A stretch of DNA of 64,000 bases from the NCBI GenBank assembly GCA_964234715.1, contig OZ174286.1; one strand, written 5' to 3'. Origin of the DNA: Podarcis melisellensis. Taxonomy: Eukaryota. The notes beneath the pieces were generated by a model that was not told where the DNA came from, made no database searches, and was given only the letters and a program-made list of their open reading frames with translations. Shown here piece after piece: positions 25,372 to 38,372 of the stretch. Each line of letters starts with the position of its first letter. Within the stretch, counting starts at the first letter, position 1. The translations under genes and the position numbers were made by a program.

Positions 25372-26265
25372 GAAACAAGTCTAGTCTGCAAAGGTAACAT
25401 TTACATTTGTTGTTTTCCCCGTTTTTCATCTTGCCTCCCCCACCACTGGCCCATGGCAGGTTGCCGAAAAGGGAGTGCAGTCTTCAGGCTGAAAAAGGTT
25501 CCCAACCCCCAACCTATAGGCTCCTTTTATTGTACTCCAATAGAACAGGTGTATTTCCAGACCCCATAGTCTTTCCCACTAATTCAAGAAAGGCACAGGC
25601 TGATTGGAGTTGATGCTCAACAACACATGGAGGACAACACTCTGGTGATGAGACAACACCCACTAAAACTTAAGGCAATGGGCTAGAAAGGCAAGCTGTG
25701 TGGCACACACAGATCTGTCATCTGACTGTTGTTTTTTCTTTATCTTACAGTGGTCAATAATGCTACTCAGGAACCAGGTTGGCTTCAGAGGTGTATATTT
25801 GCAGTTTGACCTACTTAGCTGCACACCTGTGGTCTCTCGACTTTTTGCCTAATTAAAAGGGGAGTTACTTTCTGCACCGGGTGCAGGAAGGGATGTGATA
25901 GGCTAATTGGTTAATTGAAACTGTATTTATTTTGATCAAATGTCTTGTAAGCTGCTGGTGATGGCTTGCAGCGTTTGGCTGTTAATGTTTTCGAAAATAA
26001 AACTAAGAAAAGATATTGAGGACAGCTTTTTATTTCTACGCTCCATTCGCTGCACACACTCTGTGTTGATGAAGAAGTTCAACACTTACAACTTGGCAAC
26101 ATATATCACCTGAGGTGGCCGCCCCACTCTGGCCAGTAGTAGAGCCAGCCCTGAGTCTACTCAATATTTACAACTGGGTGGCATGGCATGGTGGGAAAGG
26201 CATTCACATAAAAGGAATCCACAATGAAAGCAAACAGCAAACACTGACAGAGAATTTCGTCTTAC

Positions 26266-26407
26266 CTTCCTACGGGCCCCAAGTCTCCTGAATCTTGGCT
26301 TCCGGCTTCGCTGGGAGTGCTCACTGATTTCGGAGAGGGAGACATAGGGGTTGGGACTAAATAATGAAAATAACAGGTATCCCATGTTAAAACATGCAGC
26401 GACTGCA
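26266..26407 (-). CDS. DYNC1I1: DYNC1I1 exon 4 (142-nt long form; 91-nt form from internal acceptor at 26356)
   Basis: Acceptor cttcatcag|TG; encodes (V)[46 protein letters not shown](R). Internal TTTAG|TC acceptor removes 51 nt (17 aa), as in mammalian IC-1A versus IC-1B. Donor AG|GTAAGA, phase 2. Confidence 0.95.
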
Positions 26408-28684
26408 CTGATGAAGAGCAGTGTAAGACAAATCATAAGCGAGGATCCAAAATGATAGAACGGTTGGATGAGTGGAAGAGTTTGAAATGGTGAAACCAAA
26501 AGAAGGAAAAGGAAGGAAAGGAAAAGGAAGAAAGTCAAGTGAATTCTAAATATTTTGGCAAATTAAAAGTTGAAATGAATTTTAGATTGGCCTGAAAGCG
26601 AGTTATGATAGTATCAGTACTCTATTTAAAATATTTTTTTAGACATGGAAACATTTTCAAAGAGGTAATAAAGGCCTTGGATATCTTTTAAAAAAAGTTA
26701 AGGGAAATGAAAAATTGAAAATACTGTTTCTGCATAGTGTTAAAAAGATTTTCTTTATGAGAGCTGCCGTTGCCTGGGAAAACATTGGCTTATAGCCAAT
26801 GCTGGTCATGCTTAGACTAGACCCACTAAAATTAACAGACATGACTAACTTTGGTCCATTAATTTGAAAGGGTCTACTTTGAGTAGAATTTAGTTGGAGC
26901 TAAGTCATTACATGGGATGGAAAAGGCATACTGCAGTTGTTTAAAGTCTCAAGATAGAGCAGTTTATTGGGCATTTGGGGCTGCTAACATACATTGTGTT
27001 AGTACGTTGCTGCATAGCCTGCTGCTCTAATTGGCTGCCTGCAGAGGTATAGCGAGATGAGGGGGGGGACTGTTGCCCCAGGCACAGTTTTTCTTGGGGT
27101 GCATTTTGCTCCTCACACCAGCCCCGTGCTACTTTGTGAGTCGGATCCCACATCCCAGCCTCGCAAAGCAGTGTGGGACTGGCAGGGCGTCAGGAGGACG
27201 CAACAGGCATGCACTCTTCCAATCAGACCAGTCGGATTGATTGGAAGGGCACATGCCTGCCCTGCTGCGTCCTCCTCAAGTCACCCTCCGTGCCTCACCC
27301 CCCCAGGCACGCCCCAGGTGCAGGGAAGGCACGCTCCACCACTACCTGCCTGTGCAGACTAATGGCACCTGACGCAAATCTACACTGCTAGGCTTTTAGC
27401 CTGATCCAAACAGCTTGGGCATTTTTCTGCCAGAACCGTGAACGTGTTATACCTCCAATGATTTCACTGGAAGGCTTTGGTTTTCATTCTTTCCCCTTTT
27501 CTGCAGGAGGTGACTAGATAGGCATTTATGCAGAATGACTGCAGGGTCACAGAACCCAGCTTGTTTAAAACTTGGGAAATCCAGTAGTAGGAGGGCAATT
27601 GGTTGGGACCCTGCCAAGTGAAGTTAAGGCAAAACCAAAGTCAGCTAGCTTGCTCACACAGTGCTCAGCCCAGGCCCAAGAGCCAAAGTAAGACTGCATG
27701 ATGATTTAGTTTAATAAGTCCCCCCCCCACCCGCACAAAAAAAAAAAAGACAAGGTGTGGAACCTTTCCATTTCAAGCACTGAAAGCAAAGATTTCACAC
27801 TTTTAAAGTGGAAATGCTGTTGTTTTTGCATCTAGATTGGCAAGGGGGCAGGCAACGCAGAAACAATTCTACTTTGACTAATCTTCCTGGCAGCCACACG
27901 GAGGAAAATGTAAATCTTATAATGCGACATCGCCTGTTTCAACTTGGGCATTTAAAAATCCACTGTTATACTTTGTTAAATCAAAAATAATTTCCTAACT
28001 GCATTTTCCTTTTTTTCTTTTCCTAGCTAAATCCTTCACATCTCTTGGCAGAAGTGTCAATCAAATGGATTGGCCGTGGCACGAGGTCCAACACCTTACA
28101 CATATTCTCACTAGGAACTGTCACTAAAACGAATCGCGAGTGCAAAAGGCATTCATTTTTCATGACAGCCCTTTGGCAGGTACAGGTGTGAAGTGGTAGG
28201 TGACGTGCTTATTATGCATCCATTCTGCTTCTTGGGCTTTATCTGGATCAGGAGGAGCTGATTTTTAATTTGCATGAATAGCCTACAAAGAGAATTATGG
28301 CTTTAGAGCCAAGAGATGCATCATGCCATATTTTAATATGGCCATCAGTGCTGGCTCCGGGTTTTCTTGCTGGCTTGCAGAACTGAAGCCATGATCCAGA
28401 CTAGGCAATATTTATTTATTTATTTCTACATTTATATCTCACCTTTCCCCTAAGAAGCTCACAGTGAAGTCCATAGATCTCCTCTTCACCATTTTATCCT
28501 CGCAGCAACACTATGGGGTAGGTTAGGTGAAGAGACAGTGACTGACCCATGGTCACTGGGTGAGCTTCATGGCTGAGCGGGAATTTCAACCCTGGTCTCC
28601 CATGTCCACCACTCTCACTGCTACATCACGCTGGCTCATGTTGGAGACCTCAGATTGTATTTCATATTCCTAAAAGCCCTACAT

Positions 28685-28820
28685 CAGGCACCCCCAAACT
28701 AGGCCCTCCAGATGTTTTGGAACTACAATTCACATCATCCCTGACAACTGGTCCTGTTAGCTAGGGATGATGGGAGTTGTAGTCCCAAAACATCTGGAGG
28801 GTCAAGTTTGGGGATGCCTG
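28685..28820. mobile_element. Hairpin hAT-type MITE
   Basis: Nearly fully palindromic; TSD CCCTACAT/CCCTACAC. Older relatives near 5040-5175, 10830-10960, 43230-43345 and 48040-48110. Confidence 0.8.
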
Positions 28821-29866
28821 CCCTACACGGCTTAGGCCTGGGTGGCAAACATCAGGTCCAGGAGACAAAGGTGGACCTTCTGACCTCTATCCAGCCCATA
28901 GAACACTTCTTTGGTCACGCCCCCTAGCAGGTCATCTTTGCAAACCACATCCCTCATGAGATCTGGCTCCTCACCTTCTTTGCCAGGTTGGAATACCCTT
29001 GACTTGTGACAATGCCTCTTCCTAAAATGCTTAGGGAGTTTCCGTGAGTGCAGGAGACTTTCCCACTGCAAAAAAAAGTTGCCTTGCAACTCACAGAGGG
29101 CAATGGGAACCGAGGTGGGGCAGAGTGAATGGAGCCCAGCATACCTGCTCTACCTCTGTCATGTGTTCATGTAAATCACTTATGAATGCCTAAATAGGTC
29201 TACGATTAGGATGGAATGAAACAAAACAGCAAAAAATGGGTGGGAGCAAGGGACACGTATATCAAACAAGCACATTCAAAGCACATTTTCCACCTCAAAG
29301 GATTCTGGGCACTGTAGTTTGTTAAGAGTTGCTGCAAACTGTAACGCTGTGAGGGGTATACCACAGTGCCCAGAATTCTCTGAGGGAGAAAATGTGCTTG
29401 GAATGTGTTTTAAATGTACAGTATCTATGTATAAATTTATGTTTCTTTTCTAAGTTTTTCTTTTTTAATGATACTTGTTTTAAAGGTCAATAAAGGACTC
29501 TATTTTCAAAGGGGCAACTATTATATGTAAGAAAAAATCAGAGGAATGAAGGGGAGCCAAGCCAATTTTCAGAAGAATGGAACAGCGACAGCCCAAGATG
29601 GTGTGAGTGGTGTGGCCCACAGAGAAACAATTTTGAAATGTCTGGATGAGAACGACACATAATAGACACACTGAGATTCAGCACAGCTACGAAGCAGAAA
29701 TGCTCTGAATTGGTTATTGGGGAGATACGAAACGGTGTTTAAGCAGAACACATAACGTTATGAACAACAGCCAAAAACCAAGAAAAGAAAAGCATGCTAC
29801 AGTCAAAAGAATGTGTGGATCTTAAACGGTGGCTAAAATGTTTTGACGGGCTCTCTCTCTGAATAC

Positions 29867-29981
29867 CTAGAGGTGGTTCTGGAGAAATACCAATGCTCTG
29901 CAGTAACGCTTCTGTCTCCCTTCTCTTCCTGTCCAGATCAGAATCTTCCTGCGTTGGTTCTTTCTTCTGCTGAAAATCTGA
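29867..29981 (-). CDS. DYNC1I1: DYNC1I1 exon 3
   Basis: Acceptor ttatttcag|TCA; 115 nt encoding [38 protein letters not shown] plus one G; donor |GTATTC. Absent from the ORF track; read by hand. Confidence 0.96.
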
Positions 29982-31478
29982 CTGAAATAACAGTATCGGA
30001 CAATTAGCCGAAGTGAAAGAAAATGGAAATTAAAGGAGGAGAGTGTTTCCTGAAACTAGTCGGAGCTTTCCCCTTGGTGGAATAGGAAATGGTTACCCCC
30101 CCCCCCTTCCTGGAGCTGTTTGGGCCACATTCACACCATACATTTAAAGCACTATGATACCACTTTAAACAGTCATGGCTTCCCCCAAAGAATTCTGGGA
30201 GTTGTAGTTTGTTAAGGGTGCAGAGGCTTGTTTAGAGACCCCTATCCCCCCCCCCCCGAGTTACAAATCTCAGAGTGGTTTAACCATCAAGCCCTCTTCT
30301 GAGAATTGTAGTTCTGTGAGGGAAACTAGGGTCTCCCAACGACTTTCATCACTCTTAGCAAAGGTGGGATTCATTCAGCAATTGTGTATGCGTGTCTCAG
30401 TTGCTTCTAGGGAACTATCAAAAGTGCAAAACTGAGGGAAGACAGCAAAAAAAACCCAAAATTTGCAACGTCAATTTCTCATAGCGAAGCCCGATAATGG
30501 TATGAAATGCACGTACGATATTAAAGTGTCAGTTTAAAGCAAACCAGTTATTAGAAAAGGGATAACAGGTGCTTTAAACTGCAGCAAATGTTGACATCTG
30601 AAAGAAAAGAAACATAATCACTTAATGCTTCCTTGACTTTGCATGGAAATGAGTATCCGTTCCCTGTCAATTCTCATCTCTATTTCGCTAAGTGACTGAA
30701 TAAAAGAAGAAGTGCAAATCCCCTTAATGAAAAAAAACCTCACGCATAGCGTCAAGGACAAATAAACTAATATGTCAGTCAAACCTTAATAGAACTAAAA
30801 GATGTTACCAAGCCAGGAGGCTAAAATGCAGCAGCAATTATCGTTTACTTTGCTGAAAAACAATAAGTGCAAATCTGCTACCGTAGCAACCAGGCTAGCC
30901 AGTCACAAACGTAAGGGGGGGCGGCTAAGAGACAGGTTGTAAAGGAACAATAAATATATTTTAAAATAGACACATGGAACCTTTGGGAACTACAACATCA
31001 GTCAGTTAGAAAGAATTAAATGTATACAGCATTTACATTTTTAAAAATTAAAATAGAATTGAGGTGGGACAGAAATGAGCTTTTGGCATCATGACATCAC
31101 TGCATGGGATCCACAGGATCAGTTAAATAGAAACGTTTCTAATTTGTGGGGGGCACTTAAACCCTCCTGTAGGACCCTATGCAACCTTTGAGCTGCGGAT
31201 TAGCTACTTAAAGTTCACTTAAACCACAGTGAATCCACGCTGAGTCAAGACTGGAAGCTGGGTGTTCCGGATTCAGTCCAAAACTTTTCTCCCCACCTGA
31301 CTGGATCAGCCTGTTTACACCTGCAGTAACTGGATCCAAGCTGTGATATAAAAGCTAATAGAGATGTCTTCCTACACAAAGTGAGCAGAAAGGACAGGAT
31401 TCTTTAAATAATAATAATAAGTCAATAGCTAATTTGGGAACACCATAAGCAGCATAACTTATATATATACTTATGTCA

Positions 31479-31751
<273 letters not shown>

Positions 31752-33541
31752 TTACAAAACAAAAGTAGCAAATTTAGATTTTGGCAATGAGGTGGATTGA
31801 GGTCTCTTTTCTGTCTTTCACTGGCATCTGGGGGGGGGGGGAGTTCTGATGCAACTGTAAGCATAACTTGGTAATTCCCTAGTGACGGCTGGAGATCAGT
31901 AAAAGAATGAACAAAATGGTAAGTACGTTAAGGTAGACAACATGAAAAGGTCCCTGCCTCATTTTGTTTTGTTTTTGGACCTATCTTTCGTTGCTTTTGC
32001 ACAGTTTTTAAACTACTATCATGGTATAATTGTGAATCACATTGAGTTGCATATAAAAGGTAATTGATAGGTTAATGAATAACAGCAGCAACACCTGGAA
32101 TTTGAAAGGTCAACTGAATGATTTTTCACCAGACCACCTTCTGAGCTGCTTGTTTTGCCCTGATTAAGGCCATGAAAAGCTAAGGGTATGTTCAAATAAC
32201 TGCTTACTCAGCATCCAGAGTGCTTGCACTGATAATTCTTGAAGCTGCACTCACACGATGTCAGCCACAATCCATATCAATCCCGAAGTTTCTTGGCAAA
32301 TTCTGCTGTTCGATGCATTTTTCTCAAACCGGCTTCACTCCAATTAGAAAACCGGATGTAGAGTGAGTGGTAATGTGAACACTCCCTAACAGCCATCACT
32401 CAGGTCCAGTAGAGCACACAAGGGCAGACGACAGTTTGATGAGTTCTGGGAGCCAGGGTTATGGGGCAGAAAAACCCAAAGGACTGTGGGTGTTGGGTGG
32501 TGATTCCTGCCCCTCTCTGATCTGAACAACTCCGTGCAAATGTTTCAAGCCACTACTGTGAATATGCTCTTTAAATTCTCTTTCCACAGCCCAACAAGGT
32601 TCTCTCACCCAGAACCAAAAAACAAACCACTGAATTCTGATTCCTATTAACCATTGTTAACTAATAGAAGCCAGTTTGGGGGCATACATGGCTCCTTACA
32701 TCAAAGGACCTTCTCTCCTGGGAGCAACTCCTGCGCCTTAATTGTGGTCAAATTCTCATCAGCATTAATTTAAGCAAAACTTTTGGTTCTGAATAACTAG
32801 CTTTTCCCCTCCTCAGCCTAAGATCTGAAACCCACCCCAATCTGTGGTTTGGGGTATACCGTGGTTAGCCTAAATCACCATTAACATCACACAGATGATT
32901 AACTACTTTATCGGTTAAAAGGGAAGAAGGGAAATTGGATTCAGGGTAGGGAAGGTTGAAGAGAGGGAACAGTAAAATCAATGTGAGAACTGTTAAAGAG
33001 GGTCAGGTAATGGCATGATTATGGGTACAAAAGCACTGCTGAGCGAAGATTGCCCTCAGAAGCATTGAAGAAACTCAGGGCTACAACCAATTATACTCTC
33101 TTTTTGGTTTTGCATTATGCCTCACTGCTCAATTACACTAGCAGAGCTCTGACTCAATCAATGCTAATGCCACATCCATGTTGCTAAGGGCCCTTTCTGT
33201 AATGGGTGCAAAAAGGGATTTTAAAAGGGTGACAAGGCTACATTGACAGGAAATCCGATATGCCCTATGTAACTATGAAAAATGCTTTCTTCCTCGTCCT
33301 CATTTTCTCTTTAATTTTCAACATATTACAATCATCATACAAACAAAATATTCCACCCTGACCCAGAAGACGACATTTCTCCTCAGTTGCCCTATGTTTA
33401 CGAGACATCACTTTCATATACCTCAACATTTCTCAGATGAAATAGAGACTTCGACATCAGGAAAAGAAAAAATATGTGAGGGAAGGGATTGTGTACAACA
33501 CCTTCAGCAGATAAATGGAATTAAAAAAAATTAGCTGGAAG

Positions 33542-33585
<44 letters not shown>
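33542..33585. repeat. (AAT)n microsatellite
   Basis: About 14 perfect units. Confidence 0.95.
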
Positions 33586-33586
<1 letters not shown>

Positions 33587-34440
33587 GAAACTGAGAACGA
33601 TCAGGAAAAGTTCAATAGTAAATCCTATTGAACTCATTGGGTCTTAGTTCTGAGTAGTGTGAAAGGCTCAATTTACAATAAAGAAATAAACACTCCATGC
33701 GTTTCCTAAAAAGTGGCTGGCCGCTGAAGCATTCCAATTAAAGAATTTAAAGTGGATTGGTTACATTTCCCTTCAAAATTATAGCAAGAGCTTTGTATGC
33801 CAGCATCAACATTTCCTTCATTTTGTGCAGGTATTTTATTTTCAGTATGAACAGGACTCCGTTTTTGCACCACTTGTTCTCCAAGACGTGGAGAGGAAGT
33901 AAAAGGAAAACTGGGACATTCCGGGATCAAATCAGAAACCAGGATGGCTTCTGTAATCCCAGGACTGTCCTTAGAGAATTGGACACTTGAAGAGTATGCA
34001 ATTTCTTCCATGCACTAGATATGCTGCTACACTTTTTAAACTGTGCTGGCAACTTTGCAGGAAGATATTTCCAAAGATACATCCACAGTTGGATTCTGTC
34101 ACTTGCAGCGTTGACAGAAGTGTCTCATAGCTTTAGGGGTAGGGTGCCTAGACCCATTCCCAATGACACCAGTGTGTGTGCGTGTGCGCACACATGCATG
34201 TGAAAGCAGAGAGAAGGTGTAGTTCTTGACTGTCTGGACTGTGTTGTTGAACTATTGCTTGCCCCTTGCTTGCCTGGTGGAGACAGGTACAGGTAGGAAC
34301 CTCTGACTTTTGCATGGCTGGACTATAGCCTACTGAACCTAAGAGTCACATCCACTGCCCCATAAGATAGTCCACAAGGAATGCAACCCACAGACTGACA
34401 AAGGATCCCCACCCTTGTTTTAGGCTGTGTACATTTAAAG

Positions 34441-34630
34441 ACTCCCTGGAAAAGACCCTGATGTTGGGAAAGATGGAGGGCACAAGGAGAAGGGGACGAT
34501 AGAGGACAAGGTGGCTGGACAGTGTTCTTGAAGCTACCAGCATGAGTTTGACCAAACTGCAGGAGGCAGTGGAAGACAGGAGTGCCTGGCGTGCTCTGGT
34601 CCATGGGGTCACGACTAAACAACAACAACA
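34441..34630 (+). mobile_element. BovB LINE 3' fragment
   Basis: Homologous to 7365-7570; (CAA)n tail; TSD ACATTTAAAG at 34431-34440 and 34631-34640; inserted in a palindromic MITE-like element (about 34423-34784). Confidence 0.88.
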
Positions 34631-36396
34631 ACATTTAAAGCACATGGCGCCACCTCTCAAAGAATCTTGGAAACTGTAGTTTGTTAAGAGTGCTGAGAAT
34701 TATAGCTTTGTGCAGGGTAAACTACGCTTCCCAGGATTTATTGTGGAAAGTAATGTGCTTTAAATGTGTGGTGAGCACTCAGCCTTTGTTACTCAATCAG
34801 CTGTGATTCTAAATGGCAGCGTGAAGTTGCTGCTTGGAATGCAGTCTGTGGTTTTAGAGTATTTACACAGATCTACTATGTAGTATCAGCCAGACTCTGC
34901 ACTTCCCTCCCTCCACCTCCTCATTAGTAATGTGATCTGCCTTCCTCCATAGACGGAGAATAGATGGGAAAGAATGGCACAGTTTTCCCACAGGCCGTCT
35001 CAGCACAAATGCACAGTGACATCACCCTTTTTGTCCTTCACACAATGCCATTCTGTCTCGTCAGCACAACTGTTGATTCCTACAACTCAGAAGACAGTGA
35101 AAGTGTGACACACAGCATTTGTGGACATTTGCCAAATAGAAGAATAGGCCATTTCATCATCATTAAAACACTGTAGTGTTTGTAAGGATTTCGGATCATT
35201 TGGTTCAAAAAGTTTGAAAATGTTAATAGTGTTTGTTTTTTTAATGAGCTCCCAGCAGAGCTAATGGGTTGCGCCCAGTGGGTGTGCCGTCCATTCATGG
35301 AAGAGTCTTTGATCTGGAGGTGGCTTCTGTGAATGGAAGGGAGATGATTTTTGCCAAGCCCCTTTTCGCCCATGCCACCTCCCATGTTGTTCCAGAGGAA
35401 CCCCCATTATAGGAACTTGTGAAGAGACTGGCTAGATCTGACCAAAGGCCAGTCTAATCCAGCATCCTGATCAATCAATCGATCATTTTATTTGTATGCT
35501 GCCTTTCCTAAGTTAAAACCATGCTCAGGATGGCAGACAACAAATATATGTTAACTACAAACATAACAAAAGTAGTCATAAGCAATAAACAAAACACCCA
35601 AAAGTACACAACCAAACTGAAAAATTTTCACATTAATCATAAGATACCAAATAAAGGTGCAAAAAATTAACAACAACCATTTTGCCCTCCGGCGAAAACC
35701 CCTAAGCAATATCTCAGCTCAAGATTCTGTTTGGCATTCTCAGCTTCTGCAGCTGGAGTCAGTCCGGGCCCCGCCCTCCCAGGCCAGGTGGGAAAAGGCC
35801 TGCAAGGCAAGGAGCAGGTCTTCTAGGAATCACAGCCAAAATGGTCTCTCACTTCTTCAGCAGCCTCAGTTTTTCTCATGGTGGCCAATCTGATAAGAAG
35901 CCCTCAAGCAGGGCATGAGCGCAACAGCACTCTCTCCACTTGTGGATCCCGGAAACTAGTATTCAGAAGCATACTTGTTCCTTCTAGAGGAGAGTTGGGG
36001 GAGTGGGGAGGTGCAGGGAAAGGGGCAAAATAATTATACTTCTAGAAATATGGTAACCCTACTCCCTCACCCTTCCTCTGATGGCGCATCTAAGAGCCAT
36101 CTGTGAAGGAAAAGATGCAATTCAATGATTTATGGTTATGTTTCCTCAGGATGAAGTGGATTGGTGCTGTGATGTGTGACTTTCAGAAATGTTCCATGGT
36201 GAGCAGCAAGTGCTCATAGCTGGAAGGTCCCAAAACGTTTGAAATTGGGACTGGAAAATTATATTCTGTTGTCATTGCAACAAAAGAATAAATATGATGC
36301 TCTTTTGCTGTAGAACAGTTTGCTGTCTATAGTTTTATACTGTGAAGTTTCTTAATTAAGAACAAATAAAAACCTCAGTTAAACCAATGCAATAAA

Positions 36397-36859
36397 TGCC
36401 TGGAGTACTGTGTCCAGTTCTGGGTGCCACAGTTTAAGGAGGATATTGACAAGCTGGAACACGTGCAGAGGAGGGTGACCAAGGTGATCAGGGGTCTGGA
36501 AGCCAATCCTTATGAGGAACAGCTGAAGGAGCTGGGTATGTTTAGTCTGGAAAAGAGGAGACTGAGAGAAGCTGTGATAGCCATTTTCAAATACCTAAAG
36601 GTCTGCCACATGGATGATGAAGCAAGCTTGTGGTCTCCTCTCTAGAGAGGATTTGAACCAATGGATTCAAGTTACAAGATGGGAGATTCCGACTAAGCAT
36701 CAGAAAGAACTTTCCAACAGTAAGAGCTGTACGATAGTAAAAGAGACTCCCTTAGGAGGTTGTAGATGACCCCCTGTCATATATGATCTCGTTAAGATTC
36801 CAGGATTGCAGGGGGTTGGACTGGACCACTTCCAACTCTACAATTCTATGATTCTATGA
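36397..36859 (+). mobile_element. CR1 LINE 3' fragment
   Basis: [34 protein letters not shown]...[12 protein letters not shown] is the CR1 ORF2 C-terminus; ends in an (ATTCTATG)n tail. Confidence 0.92.
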
Positions 36860-37646
36860 GTGCAGCCACAGTGGGACCTGCAACAAAACGCTGCACTGTG
36901 CCATATTCCTGTTCAGGGTTCCAGCCAGCTTGTCATGCCCTTTTCCAGTATGCTCCATTCTATTCACCATCTCCATAGACATCCATTAATCTCCTTGCCC
37001 CCAACCAAAAGTAAGCATGCCATGCCTCTGGACATATTCAGTCCTCAATAGGCCACTGCTGAGTGCACTCCCTTTGTTTGTTTTTCCTAAGGATGTTTTA
37101 TATCTCTGCAGGGGGTCATTGTCCCCACCACCCAAAAACCCTGTTGTTACTTCCTTCTTCTGTTTGGGTTGTGCCATTTTGACCAGAAAAGGGATTCAGA
37201 CTCAGAAAATGAGTTTGCTATTAGTGTATAAAGATTCCATAGATACCGTAATTCACAATTCAGAATGTTACCTCTCTTTCTTTACCTTGTTTAGACAATG
37301 CAAAAATTGCAGATGTTGCAGTTTAGAAAATCAATAACAGTTTCATAGTTGTCCCAGTTAACAGCTGACCTGGTAACCTCATTGATCCCTGCAGTGATGG
37401 CCTAAATGTACGATGCAAGCCCACTATGGGGAAACTGAATGCATCGTCTGTCTGTTCAATGAAGGCTTTGTTAACAGACACAGAAAACGTTCCAGGAAGG
37501 TTGAAGTTAGGAAGACCCATCCCCTTCTTGCATGTGCTTCTCAGATTATATTTTGTAAACATGTTTTTAAATGAATGCTATCTAAATAAAATCAGTTATA
37601 ATGTTGGATAGGGGGGGCGATGCAAAGGAGAGCACAAAGCTGACTA

Positions 37647-38011
37647 AAAAAGGTAAAGTACCCTTGACAGTTAAGTCCAGTCGCGGACAACTCTGGGGTT
37701 GCGGCACTCATCTTGCTTTACTGGCCAAGGGAGCCAATGTTTGTCCACAGACAGTTTTTCCAGGTCATGTGGTCAGCAAGACTAAGCAGCTTCTGGCGAA
37801 ATCAGAGCAGCACACAGAAACGCCATTTACCTTCACACCAGAGCAGTACCTATTTATCTACTTGCAATTTGACGTGCTTTCGAACTGCTAGGTTGGCAGG
37901 AGCTGGGACTGAGCAATGGGAGCTTTCCCCGCCGTGGGGATTCGAACCGCTAACCTTCTGATCGGCAAGCCCAAGGCTCAATGATTTAGACCACAGCGCC
38001 ACCCACATCCC
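37647..38011 (-). mobile_element. Sauria SINE (copy A of tandem pair)
   Basis: Full-length homologue of 3085-3413 with (ACCTTT)-type tail; flanked by AAGCTGACTA repeats. Confidence 0.9.
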
Positions 38012-38024
38012 ATTAAGCTGACTA

Positions 38025-38372
38025 AGGTACCCCTGCCCGTACGGGCCAGTCGTGTCCGACTCTAGGGTTGTGCGCTCATCTCACTTAAGAGGCCAGCGCT
38101 GTCCGGAGACACTTCCGGGTCACGTGGCCAGCGTGACGAAGCTGCTCTGGCGAGCCAGCACCAGCGCAGCACATGGAAACGCCGTTTACCTTCCCGCTAT
38201 AAAGCGGTACCTATTTATCTACTTGCACTTAGGGATGCTTTCGAACTGCTAGGTGGGCAGGAGCTGGGACCGAAAGACAGGAGCTCACACCGCCGCGGGG
38301 ATTCGAACCACCGACCATACCATCGGCAAGCCCTAGACACTGAGGTTTTACCCACAGCGCCACCCACGTCCC
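38025..38372 (-). mobile_element. Sauria SINE, different subfamily (copy B of tandem pair)
   Basis: Same architecture but divergent diagnostic blocks and more retained CpGs; TSD ATTAAGCTGACTA at 38012-38024 and 38375-38387. Confidence 0.9.
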
